From Callorhinchus milii (taxonomy: Eukaryota), in NCBI RefSeq assembly GCF_018977255.1, contig NW_024704742.1, positions 4,714,001 to 4,778,000 of the forward strand: a DNA stretch of 64,000 nt, given 5' to 3'. Numbering within the stretch: position 1 is the stretch's first letter; every line of letters begins with the position of its first letter. The position numbers and the translations under genes are program-made. Of the stretch, positions 50,236-62,734 are shown piece after piece. Under the pieces are notes generated by a model that saw only the letters and a program-made list of their open reading frames with translations, was not told where the DNA came from and searched no databases.

Positions 50236-51109
50236 TCTGACGTATGCGGAAACCCATCACCACGATTAAGAGAAATCTCAGAGATTAGATTGTTCGAATG
50301 GACTACGCAATCTCTCCCTGGAAGGACACATGCTGCTTATCTAATTCAAGAAAGTATGAGGCACAGGTTGTCAAGTGCCAAAAGGATTCATGTGTAAGCC
50401 ATAGCAGCCCACACACAAGTGAATCCCTATATGTGGAGCCAATCCCCTATATCCCCCTCCCCCATCACCATTTTGATGTAGAGAAAACAGTTGTGGGACA
50501 TAGCCCAGGTAGCAAACAGGACCTCCCACCTCAGACAAGATACAGTCCAGAACACATGATCCCCTTTTTACCCCACAAACTGGAGCCTTACACAATAATT
50601 ATAATAAAATAACCGTCCTTGGATTCGCTATAACATCTTTCACATCAGAAGGACGTTTTAAAACTCTTCGCAGGATTTACTGTAAAGTGTAGTGACTGTG
50701 TATTTGTAGGCGAACACGGCGGCCGTATTGTACACAGCAATGTCCCACAAACAGCCAGGAACACCCGTCCACCAGAAACAATAACCCTGAACCCTCAGCA
50801 ATTAACCCAAGGACGTAAAAAAAGCTTATTTCTGATCCCTTCGCATCTTCCCTCTGACAAATTTGCTATTCCGCCTTGAGCCCCATCTAAACTCTAAAGA
50901 TGCCAAATGGTAATACCCCTCATACAGAAAAATAGAACTAAAAGACGGCCAATAACTGTCTGCTGTGCCCAATTGGCTGCCACGTTTAGCCCACAAAAGA
51001 CAGTCAATCCACCTTACTATATATCCTGTGATACATCGGGCAATAATAAATCAAAATGATCCTTGCATTTGATATAGCGCTTTTAATATCTTCTTTTCGT
51101 ATGTAACGC

Positions 51110-51380
51110 TCACACCACCTCTGTTTACCTGGCAGTAAGTAGGAACCCTGTTGTTAGTCAATTGGTGGATCGCTTTCCGGGGGTAATAATCGCTCCTAAA
51201 TAAATAATAATTTGGGCACTCAATCCACAACTGTTTGTGGGAAACTGCTGTGCGCAATTGGCTGCTGCGTTTCAACCACAAAATATACAGTGAATTCTCT
51301 TTACTATATATTCTGTGAAGCGCTTTGGGACGTCTCAATGACATAATCAGGCGCTATATCAAAATATTATAATAATTAAT
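51110..51380 (+). mobile_element. Deu-domain SINE (variant with internal ctgtttacctggcagtaagtaggaacc segment)
   Basis: Reverse complement of 6862-7130 and 8920-9020. Confidence 0.8.
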
Positions 51381-51534
51381 AGTTATTATTATCTACGTGT
51401 ATTTGCGCGTGGTTAACCCCATCTGCAAACTAGACCACACTGAGTTCAAGGGTGAACCCGAAATGTAAGTCAGAAAGGAGAATTATGCGGTGGGAAGACA
51501 AGAAATCTTGGAAGTGTTATGACATTTCCATTTA

Positions 51535-51830
51535 TAGAATCGTAGAATATTACAGAAGGAGGCCATTCGGCCCATCGTGCCTGTGCCAGCTCTTTCTAAG
51601 AGCCACCCAATCAGTCCCACTCCCCCACTCTTTCCCCATATCCTTGCAATTTCTTTCCTTTTCAAGTACCTATCCAATTCCCTTTTGAGAATTGTTATTG
51701 AATCTGTTTCCGCCACACTTTCAGGCAATGCGTTCCAGACTGTAACCACTCTTTATGGGGGGCAAAAAAAAATATTTCTCCTCATCTCCCCTCTGGTTCT
51801 TTTGCTAATTATCTTAAATCCATATCCCCA
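51535..51830 (-). mobile_element. CR1 3' end
   Basis: ORF 51483-51749 VWNALPESVAETDSITILKRELDRYL; similar short tails at about 46820-46950(+), 54378-54512(-), 58632-58770(+). Confidence 0.85.
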
Positions 51831-52196
51831 CCTGCCACTGGTGAGATTGTATCCCGCAACCTCTACAAAAGGATCCCTTTGTCAGGCTGAATGAGCAAAT
51901 GGCTTAATCATTGTTGAAGAGGGTTGAAATGTGAATTTGCACAGGTAACAGTTCCAATCCACACAGTGAAATCATTCTCAGACAGGAAACAGTTGAGCAA
52001 GATTCTGTTGCAACAGTCTAATACGCACAAATCAGCAGCTATTGTCTGGAGGCTTTTCAACAGCTATTGAACAGATTTCATATAATAACAAAGAAAATTT
52101 AAGTTAATTTTCACATCTCGAAGGGAATATTTTTCCGTGCTATTTCATCCCACGTAAACAGCAAGTCAATGCCGTGAACCGCCACTCCAAAGCTTC

Positions 52197-52711
52197 GTAA
52201 TGCTGTATATTACTCACATCCATATCAGATTCGATTAAATATCTCGAAGCATTGACATGATGATATAAAAAGGAAATGAACAAGCTTGACCATTGTATCC
52301 GTTTACGGGCGGATATCTGTGTCTCAATCATGCAATTTTCAACGCTTAGAACTGTTAAAAGGAGAGATTTGTTTGTGGCACAAAACCAATCATAATAATA
52401 ATAATATAATAATCCTCGCATTTAATGTAGCCCCTCGTCAAGTGCTGAATCAGGCTGACAAGAAGCCAAGCACTTGCAGCATGGAATCATTGGCAAGTCT
52501 AGACACATATACCACTGAAGGTACCTTGCATGAGTTTAACAAGTGCCTCAGTGACACGTTGCAGCACTGAAAATGTACGTTTGCGAGCACAAAGGTATGT
52601 AGACAAACTGTTCCACTCGGCATCTTGCTCATTTCCTTTTTATATCATCACATCAATGCTTCGAGGTAATTAACCCAATCTCGTATGGATGTGAGTAAGA
52701 TATAACATTAC
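52197..52711. mobile_element. Palindromic MITE-like element with long inverted arms
   Basis: 52210-52284 versus reverse complement of 52624-52698: 66/75 identical; extends about 13 bp outward. Confidence 0.7.
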
Positions 52712-54606
52712 ATATAAAACAAACGTGTAATGCTTAATGCCCAAGTTTATCTTCATTTCAAATTATTTTTAAAGCAAGCGAATGGTGTAATCACTTATTC
52801 TATCCTGTTACGTGTTTACAGTGACCATTTTCAGCACACTGAGAATCTACCCCATGTAAATGACGCTATATAAATGCAAGTTACTGTTGTTGCAGTGCTC
52901 ATATCGTGAGTCCAGCTGACGTAAAGTAACAGCAGAAAATGGAACCGTGTCTGTACAACATAGTTTCACAGTGGGTAGTGGCTTTATAAAATGAGTGATT
53001 GAGGTAATCAATAAATTTCTGCCCACAAAATATAGAGTCAATCCACTTTACAGTATATTCTATTGAGCGCTTTGAAACGTCTCGATGACTTGATAAGGCA
53101 CTGTGTCAAATGCAAGGATTATTATTAATATATGTGTATCAGATCAGTTGGCAGTGCTCTTGTCTTTTGAGTCAGAAGTTTGTGGGTTTAAGCCTCATGT
53201 CGGGACTTGGAACTCCTACAGGCTGAGCTGACAGGTGGATATGATTTAGATGAGATGCTAAAACGAAGTCTAGTCTGCCTGCCAGATGTTAAAGATCCCA
53301 CAGCACTGTTCAAAATGAGGAGCGCATTTCCCCAGTGTCTTGGTCAACAATCCAAGGGATGGCGGGAAGCAATGGGAGGTATCTGACTGCAAACAAATAA
53401 AAAAAAGGACTCTAAAGCAAAAGTACTAACAAGTCGTCTCAATTATTATCTCTCTGAATCTTTGCTCAACTACCTTTGAGCAATATAACAATTCATTTCG
53501 TTTTTCAAACCCTTCGACTAGACGAATTCAGGAACTTTTGTTGTTCAGGTTAAGTTCATTCAGTGAAGGGAGTTTCTCTTGGGTGTCCTGGCAACAATCC
53601 CTCAAGTAAAATTGCTCATTTACTTCTTGGTTGTTTGTGGGACATTGGTTTGTGCAAATGGTTTACTCCAAAATCCATAGTCATTCCACTTTGCGAAGTA
53701 TCCTGTGAAGTGCTTTGAGATATCCTCTTGTAGTGAAAGGTGCTGTATCAACCGTAAGGATTATTTATATTGTCTCTTTACATTTGAATGAACACTTGCC
53801 AAATGAAACCTAATTTTTAATATTTCTACATCCTAGCATTTTTTATCAAGACTGGAAAACCAGCAACCTGCTCTTTTGCAGTGATCCGACTTTATTTTAT
53901 GGGCTCTCAGTTTATGATAACAATAATAATTATTATTATGATATAGAGCCTTATCACATTGTTGAGACGTCTCAAAGCGCTAGAATTTACACATTACACA
54001 TTTACCATTACACATAGAATCGTTATCAGGTTTTGTGCAAATAGATAAATGGCAGAATATTTCCATACTGAAGTATAATTTGTGGTATTTCTAAATTGGT
54101 TCACAAGTCCGATTCTTTCTAGGAACTGGAAACACCCAAGTGGAAATATACCACACCTATCCATGGAAACTGTTTCTATAGCAGAATTGTATGAAATAAA
54201 GTGAAAGGTTAAGAGATACCTTGGCTTATAGCCCTCTGTTCTATCCCTTTCAGTATATCATACCATAAAGCTTCTCAGTATCACTGTTCAGTTCTCTTTA
54301 CATAAATATATATCATGGCAATTTCACACGTAGCAAATTAGGTGTGGCAAATTTGTACAGAACCATTTCCCTCAGAGATTCATAGAATTATACAGCACAG
54401 AAGGAGGCCATTCGGCCCATCATGTCTATGTCAGCTCTTTGAAAAGAGCTATCCAATTCAATCCCACTCGCCCGCGCTCTCCCCATAGCCCTGCAAACTT
54501 GTCCTCCTCAAATAATTATCTAGAAGGGAGAAAATAATAATAATATATTATAATAATCCTTATATTTGGTATAACACATTTCATGTCGGGAGAATATGCT
54601 GTAAAC

Positions 54607-54800
54607 AAAGACCTTTCTCTTTGACCGAGCCTTCGGCTCCCCTCTCGACTCTCTACCCCCTCCTCGCTCCCTCCCTTCCCTCCCCTCACCCTGACCATTT
54701 CCCCCCAATGCTCGGGTCCTGACCCTACTGTACAGCGCCTTGGGACGTCCTCCTGACGTGAAAGGCGCTCTATAAATGGAATCTTGTTGTTGTTGTTCTT
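54607..54800 (+). mobile_element. Young L2 3' tail
   Basis: Near-exact reverse complement of 34609-34800. Confidence 0.9.
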
Positions 54801-55419
54801 GTTGTATTACTGTTACTTCAAAGGTGCTTTCCTTGCATTTGCCTCCACTGTCATTGCAGTGGACAGAAATAACCTGTAGAGCACTTCGAGACATTTCAAC
54901 ATTTATCAGCATATCAAATGCAAGGGTTAATATTATTATTATTTTGTGATAATTGCGTGGAGAAAAAAAAAAGATACGAAAAAGCGATGCTAATTGTTAC
55001 GAGCTTGGCACATTTGTCCCTTGTGAGTTTTTGGGCTTGTCGTATCATAGAAACTTAACAGGTGTCAGTCAGCCTGGCCCAGTTGGTGGCATTCTTGCCT
55101 CCGAGGCAGAAGATCACACACGATCACACATGCCCTTCGCCCAGTTGATCTCATCCCTCCAGAATGCCCACCCACTAGTTGCGCGAGTTTCACTAATGTT
55201 TTTTTGAAGTCAGAAATCGGGACTGACATTCCAACAAACGTTCCAATATTACATATTTGTTGGAGGTGCCATCCTTTGGATCAGACATTAATTAAACTGC
55301 GATCCCATCTCGGATAGAAATTTAGTTTTTATTATTATTATTAAATCGAGACCCAGGTGGAATTTTACTCCTTACGTATATTTGACATAGAAACAGCAGG
55401 TCTGTCCTATATAATAATA

Positions 55420-55722
55420 GCAATAATAATAATATTCCTTGGTTTTGATATAGTGCTTTTCACGTCTTCTAGACGTCCCAAAGCGCTTCACAGGATATAC
55501 TGTAAAGTGAAATTGACCGTATATTTTTTGTGGGAGAAACGCAGCAGCCAATGGCGCACAGCGCCGTCCCACGAACAGTCGTGGATTGACGTGCCACAAG
55601 TTCTTTTTCTTGAGGGATTATTAATGGGCGTGTTGAGTAAGGAAATTTACCCAACGTTTCGCCCTGCCGGGATTTGAACCCCGGTCTCTCGCTGGCGAGG
55701 CGAGTGGTCTACCCACCTGAGC
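55420..55722 (-). mobile_element. Deu-domain SINE, full length
   Basis: Head agctcaggtgggtag...gggttcaaatcc; core; tail. Confidence 0.85.
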
Positions 55723-56509
55723 TGGAAGATAGACAGAGCCCAAAATGAGTAAGAAAATGTCAGTACCAAGGTGGAGGATGTCCCCACTCCCTCCAATTGG
55801 ATCACAGTACAGATTTGACTTTGTGTTAAAACAGAATAAATACAATCCCTGCATCAGCGTAGCACCTTTCGCTTCAAGAGGACGTCTCAAAGCACTTCAG
55901 AGTATTTTGAAAAGTGTAGTGACTGTTCTTGTAAACGGATTGCAGCAGCCCATTTGTAGACAGCAATGTCCCGTAAGCAGCCATGAAGCGAATGACCCAT
56001 TTTATTTTGGAGATTGTTGGCCAGGACACCAAGGAGAAACTCCTTTTCTGAATGAATTTAATCTGCACAAAAAAAAAAGGCTCCAGAAGCTTCGAGACGG
56101 AAGGTTGAGAAAAATAATTTGAGTTGTGATTCTTGTCCAATTGCTCAAAGCCACTTGAGCAAAGGTGCGGGCAAACGTTGAAATAGACAACTTGTTAGAA
56201 TTTTTGTTTTAAAGTCCTTTTTGTTTAAAGTCATTATTTAAAGTCACTTGCCTCGATTTCAAACATTTTCCTTCGCGTAATTGATACCTTGACAAGTAAA
56301 GTCTTGTCGTTTCTGGGAATCTTACAGGCTGGTACTATGACGCAGCAGCATGCTATTGAGGTGCTTGGGGTGTGGTTTTGTATTGACTCTAATCTTACGA
56401 GAAGTTTGCACTTAATCGGTCGTGCTGCGTACTTGCAGGAAATCTTTAAGTAATCAGTGATGTGTTTTTTTAAGGGAGAGAAAAAACACGATTCCCAGCC
56501 AGTGTGATA

Positions 56510-57195
56510 ATAAATTTACCACCAATGTAGCTCACTGTATTTGCTGCTCACGATGTGGTCTCCTCTACATTGGGGAGACCTCTACATTGGGTGACCGCTT
56601 TGCCGAACACCTCCGTTCCATCCGCGAGCACAACCCTGAGCTTCCGGTTTCTTGCCGCTTCAACTCTTCCTCTGACCTCTCCATCCACGGTCTCCTTCCT
56701 GCGCTGTTCCGACGAGCCACAGTGCAAGCTCAAGGAACAGCACCTCATTTATCTGCTCGGGAGCTTACAGACCTCTGGCCTCAATATCGGTTTCAACAAT
56801 TTCAGACCATAACAGCTCACCTTCACCGTTCCCCTTGTCTGTGACCATTACCACATCATCTGGGTCCCAGACACACCTTTTCTCTCTCTGGTCTGCCTGT
56901 TTTGTTGCAATCCCCCACTTTGTTTTGCATCATTAACATTTCTTTAACCCAACATCCCCTGTCTTCTACCCCATTTTCTCCTTGGTCTTCTTTGCCCTGC
57001 CTCCCCCCACCCCCCCTCTCTGTTAGCCCTTCAAAGCTTCTCCCTCGCAACATGCCCCAGTTCTGACGAAGGGTCTTGGACCCGAAACATTGACTCACTT
57101 TCCTTTCTCCCCAGATGGTGCCTGACCTGCTGAGTGTTCCCAGCGACTTCGGCTTTTGTTTCAGATTTCCAGCATCTGCAGTATTTTGCGTTTTG
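56510..57195 (+). mobile_element. Penelope-like element 3' end (GIY-YIG fragment plus terminal region)
   Basis: CICCSRCGLLYIGET..GDRFAEHLRSIR..KLKEQHLIYLLGSLQTSGLNIGFNNF across frames; followed by pyrimidine tract and hammerhead motif. Confidence 0.85.
57063..57092 (+). ncRNA. Minimal hammerhead ribozyme motif (probably decayed) in Penelope terminus
   Basis: CTGACGA-A-GGGTC-TTG-GACCC-GAAAC-ATT. Confidence 0.6.
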
Positions 57196-57999
57196 ATAAT
57201 AAATTTGTTGCTTCCTCTCACGACTGAAAATAAAATTGGCATTGGTTTTCTTCAACTCTGGCCTGTCTCATGCCTGTGCCCCATTCATCCGCTCCAAAGA
57301 GTGGCGAGCTATTTTTCCCCAAATTCCTCTATCTTGCCCACACTCTCTCCCTCTCTCTTTCTCTTGCTCTCTCTCGCTCTGCTTTCAAAATCCTTATGAC
57401 GACCTGTCTCTTTGACAGTGTTGAGGTTTCATTATCTTTATTAAGTGCTTTGAGCACTTGTCTGAAATGTGCTTTTCAAATGGAAATTGTTTGTCAGTTA
57501 AACTTTGCATAACATTATCATAATGAAAAAAACTTTATAGGGCCTTTCTCGTGTAGAGGATGTTTCGAAACACTTCATATGATTTTCTATGAAGTGCAGT
57601 GGCTGCATTTTCAAACTGCAACTGTGTGTGTGCGCAGAGCACAAAATTAACATTATTTCACCACTGCATTCACTCCGATAGGCCTCCAGAGGACTTGAAT
57701 GCAGTAATAGAAAAAGCCATGCTATTTAACCCTCAAAGGGTTCAAGAGAAGAATTCCACAGTTATGAAACATGGAGAAGGTCAGTGGTGACTGGAAATTA
57801 TAATAGTGATCAATCCTTGCATTTGATACAGTGCCTTATGACATCTTTGAGATGTCTCACAACTCTTCACAAAATATACTGTGTATAAGTTAATTGACTG
57901 CATATTTTGTGAGTGAAACACAGCAACCAATTGCGCACAGTAATGTCCCAAAAATAGTCGTGGGTTGAGTGACCAGGCTTTTAAGGGCATTGGAATAGT

Positions 58000-58560
58000 C
58001 CACTCCAGGGAAGCACTGAAACTCCAGGGTTTTGCTGCGTTGGTTGTGAGGTACTGATGGAGGCGGGTGATGTGATGGAGGTGGAAAAAAGTGGTCCTGG
58101 TCAGGGAATGGATGTGTGGTAGAAAGTAAAGCTAAGGTTCGAACCTGATGCCTAACGTATGCACGGGTTCGGAGAGTCAAGGGGTTGGCCATTGTTGTGG
58201 GTCCGGGAATTAATATGGAGAGTAAGGTTTAGGGTGGAGGGCAGTGAAGTCAATGAGATAAGGCAGGAGTTGAGGTAAGGTCAAAGTCGCCCATGATGAA
58301 CAGTCGTTCAGTGCAGAGGGACAGGGATGAGAGGAGACATGAGATATCCTTGAGGAAGGAGCCACAAGGTTTGGTGGGTCAGTAGACTAAGAGAATTTTG
58401 AGGGAGAGAGAAAAGGGATGGTACAGGGTGAGGGGCTCAAATGAGGGGAAACAGCCAGAGGAGTAAGGGGATAGACCGAGGGAGGTTTGAGAGATGAGAG
58501 ATACCCGACCACCATGACAGTTGGGGCAGTGGGTGTTTGGTGGAAAGTATAGCCATGAAA
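58000..58560 (-). mobile_element. Degenerate L2 internal (endonuclease-region) fragment
   Basis: Minus strand ..HGYTFHQTP..; ..LCTERLFIMGDF.. resembles L2 APE domain. Confidence 0.6.
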
Positions 58561-61128
58561 TGACGGATTATCTGAAGTGAATTTTATAGTAAATTCCCCA
58601 CGGGTTTGGACTACTAGAATTGCAATTAAAATTGGGGAGGACAAGTTTGCAGGGCTATGGGGAGAGAGCGGGGAAGTGGGATTGAATTGGATAGCTCTTT
58701 TCAAAGACCCGGCAAAGATAATGATGGGCTGAATGGCCTCCTTGTGCTGTATAATTCCATGGATTCTATGAAAATACTGTACTTTGATTACAAAATCACA
58801 AGTTTGATCAGCAAATTTGAATGAAAAAGGCCCTTCAGGCCAGCTGTAGTGAATGCTGTAGCGAATAATGCTTAAAAATTCAGATGGATTGGGCAATTTT
58901 GAAGAGTACTGTAAATTTTTTATAGGGGAAAAGAAATGTGTTTTCAATTGCACTCTTACGTTGGTATAAGAAAATACTTGTGGGTTGCTAGACAATGGTT
59001 CTTATGGTAGATCTAAAATTATTTACCACTGAGCTATCAGTTGCCTCACTATAAATCTTGTATAGTGCATTTTAATTAAGACCCTTACCCATATCCTTGA
59101 CTTTTAAAACCATTTCTGGTGTTATCCAGGAAATGATTGTCCCATTGACAGGTTTGCACAATTACTGTAGCATGTTTCCTTCTTTTACTCAGAAAGGATA
59201 AAAAAAAAGTGCTAATTCAGTGAATTTGTCTGCAATCGACAACAGGTTATACAATAGGAAGCAATTGTGTATTAAACACTCACCATCCAGTTATGAAATC
59301 ACCAAAACTCCAAACTACTGCAAGTTTATGAAATAATCACAAATGAAATTTCTAGGAAAAAATTTTACTTGTCTCCTATACATCTATTTCTTCTTATTTT
59401 TAGGGAACTGGGGAAAAAGTGCCAAGACTCAGTGAGCAACTTTAGTTGTTCTAAAATTGAAGAATTCAACCCAAACTACAATTTATATATCTGACTCAGT
59501 AAGCATGACATAAGCTTATTTCCACAATCACTCTGATTCAGTCAGAACAGAATATAAGTCATCTTGATAAATCCTCAACCCATCAAAACAATGGCACATT
59601 ATTGCAACTTATAACTTCAAACGTTGGATTGTTAAGCTACTTATCACTGACCGCAAACATCCTCTGAGAAAAATAAGAAGATTCTTGAAATTATATTGAA
59701 TGTCCACACACAAAGATGTTGCAACAAAATAGTTAATTTTGAGGTCCATGAGAATGATTTCATCCAGTAATTGTGTTAATTGTATTATTGTGTGCTGGAA
59801 CTTCCATTCTAAGCCACATTTGCGGTGCACTGATTGTGCAAGCTGTTATAACAAGCTGTGCATTCAGTAATAACCCGGACCCCTTTCAACGCACAGGCAC
59901 AACTGGCTTTTTTCCACTAAAGTGGTCTATATCAAATGGGATTGGGATTGCAGTCTTTCTGTTCCGTTCGGAGCGTGATCTGCCCTCACCCAGAGGAAGT
60001 GGAGACACTGGAATACAGAGCTGACTTGAGCACCTGGTCGCTGGGCTCAGGCCAGGCTTGTCCTGCCCAAGAGGGCATCCCATCGCCTGACCTGCTCAGG
60101 TCATGAAGACAAATATCAGGTCTGTGTTGTCCTTTGACAGTTTGGGGCCGAGAAGAGTTTGGTCGGTGGGGGGGGTGGGGGTATTGTCTGTGGGGCCAAA
60201 CCTCGTTCCCTAAGTGGAACATATTTGGTCCAGTTTGGTTAATGAGGATGAGCTGGCCTTAATCTCACTCACCAAAAAAAAAAGCTGTGTAAATGCATAG
60301 TGAAATCAGCTGTCAGGTCTCTCTCGAGGATTAGGATGATATGATTCTAAGCACCATGTTTTAAAGAAGTTCCACTGCATTTCCAAACAGCAAAACATTA
60401 TTCAGCTTTTTGCATGTGTTTATTTTTTTTTAAAAAATCCCTCCACAATATGTTTCTATGCATTTTTATAATTCCTCAGCATTGTGAAACGTCTCGAAGC
60501 ACTTCGCAGCAATTAAAAAATATATAATTATTTTATTGGGAAAATGTGCTACTTACTCATTTTGTGCACAGCAAAGACCCACCAACTGCTTTGAGATTAT
60601 TCAATACCATGGTTCCCTTTTTCATTTTGAATAGTATTATGAGATTCTTAACATCCAGCTGAACCCTAAGCCTACTCATCCTCAGCTTAACATCTCATGC
60701 AAAGGTATCACCTGAGTCCATGCAGAACAACCCAATACAGTACTGTGATAGAATCATTGGAATGACAGCCGGCATTGTGTTCTCAAGCACATTTGATACG
60801 TAGAAGACTAATGCTGTGTTTGTTTGTAAGTTTCACCATGTCATGAAGCCTCCAATTCAATAAGCAGCGTGATTCAGGCTTAGTGCCCCTCTCCTAACAT
60901 CACAACAACAAATTACATTTGTATAGCGTCTTTCACATCAGGAGGACGTCTCAAGTCGCTGGACAGTCAGGGGTTTGGACCCGAGCAGGGGGTTGGGATC
61001 AGGAGGGACCGATAGCGAAGTAAGAAAGCTGTGACTTGGATTGTGAGAGCAGAGGATCTTTCCCTGGGTGTAAACTGATGGATAGAACCATGTAGTTCTC
61101 CTCGGCCATTTTCATCCTATATTTTCCA

Positions 61129-61391
61129 ACCTCTTGTACTCCCTTGGGTCAGTCTGGCTCAGATGGTAGCACTCTTGCATCTGAGTAGAACACAAATAAA
61201 CAGTGTGAGCACATTTCCAACAGAACTCCAACAAAGATGGTTCAAATCCACCTGAGCAGGCAGATGGATTATTGGTTGAACATCTCATCCAAAGGATAGC
61301 ACCTCCAACAATGCAGTGCTCGCCGTAGCCTCTACTCAGAGGCAAAAGTGCTACCAACTGAGCCAGACTGACCCATGGGAGTACAAGAGGT
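61129..61391. repeat. 61-bp inverted repeat built from a SINE head plus flank
   Basis: 61129-61189 versus reverse complement of 61331-61391: 57/61 identical; 141-bp spacer. Confidence 0.9.
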
Positions 61392-62103
61392 GACCATTTG
61401 CTAACCCAGTGTTCATCTTCTTTGAGGAAGGTACTGTACTTGCTTAGTTCAGGAGCTCATCATTTAGGAGAGAAGGAGCCAACTTCTTGATGGAGCTATA
61501 CCCTCGATAAATATATCTGAATCAATTTAAAACCAAGCCATTAATATTTTTTTTCAAATATCAAAGTTATTCCCCTGAATTGTACACAGTGTACTGTGCA
61601 ATCTCATAGGCCATTTTCTGCCATCGGGCAGAGTGATGGACTTTGGTCCTGGTTAGCAAATGCTTAAATCTTCAGAAACACCTTCCCACAGTGCAAGACA
61701 CATGTCCCATTAAAACCTTCCACCTGAAAAAATCCCACAACGTCACTGGTCTCTGCTGAACTTAGTAATGAAACACTAGTCATCAAGTATGCTTCAATTT
61801 ATTGACAAAACAGCATGCTCAGTACTTCTTAAGCTAACAGGATGCAGGCCAAAAAGGACTGTAGCAAGCACGATATAGTATTTGGAAATTTGATTTATCT
61901 TATCATCGCGGAAAGTGAATGCGCTTTCAATTTACTGATATTCCCTGATTACGTAAATCACTTTCAGTCAGAAAATGTTTGGGAAATGATCAAAAATATG
62001 TCATCATCAGACGGGGAGACGAGGACGTGTAAATTGTTGGCATTCACATCAAAGTAGCTGCGTGCTCAGATCACAACTTCAATCTAACTCAGGAATAAGA
62101 TTT

Positions 62104-62217
62104 CACCCTGCAGGGGTAGAAGAATTTCAACATGTATGCAATGTCGTCAAAGCCCTCTTGCATCCTGCAGATGTAGAAGAATTTCAACATGTATGTAATG
62201 TCGTCAAGACTCTATGC
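62104..62217. repeat. Tandem duplication, 2 x 57 bp
   Basis: ca(c/t)cctgcag..gtagaagaatttcaacatgtatg(c/t)aatgtcgtcaa twice. Confidence 0.88.
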
Positions 62218-62734
62218 CCTCTTGAGTTCAAATATTTATTCAAGCACTGGTCACTTTTGTGAAGAAAATAATGACTAAAATAATGACTAACTATGGTAAC
62301 ACTTGTTCAATTGTTCAAACGTGCTAAAAGTGGAAAAGCTCAGTTCATTCAAATGCAAGTTTTGTTTCAGTAAAGGTGATCACACAAGAAGAGTTTCCAT
62401 TTCCCTTCCCCCAGATTTGATCACATTAATCTTCCCTCCAACAAAAAGAAGTATTGAGGGTCTTTAACTCAAATAATGAAAATCCCAATTCACTGTTATA
62501 CGTTGAAGAAAGGAGAACCATCATGTCCCAATTTATCCACATCATTCACATCAATTTAATTTAATTTAATACTGAGAGTGGCTGCTATTCATCAGGGCAT
62601 TAGTTGACTCATCAATCACCTTGTAAACTGTGTGAGGCAGCAATAAATGAGGCAGACAGGATGGTACACTAACTTTATTGCTAAATCAGTTGAATTCAAT
62701 TCCCATACCCAATTCAGTATGTTATTTTCGAGAT

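Noticed and set aside
59860..59927. Minus-strand QLCLCVER CXC-like motif
   Set aside because: Stop within a few codons, wrong phase, no partner exons found.
61842..62262. ORFs with KDCSKHDIV and an in-frame 19-aa repeat
   Set aside because: Explained by chance and the 57-bp tandem duplication; no gene structure.
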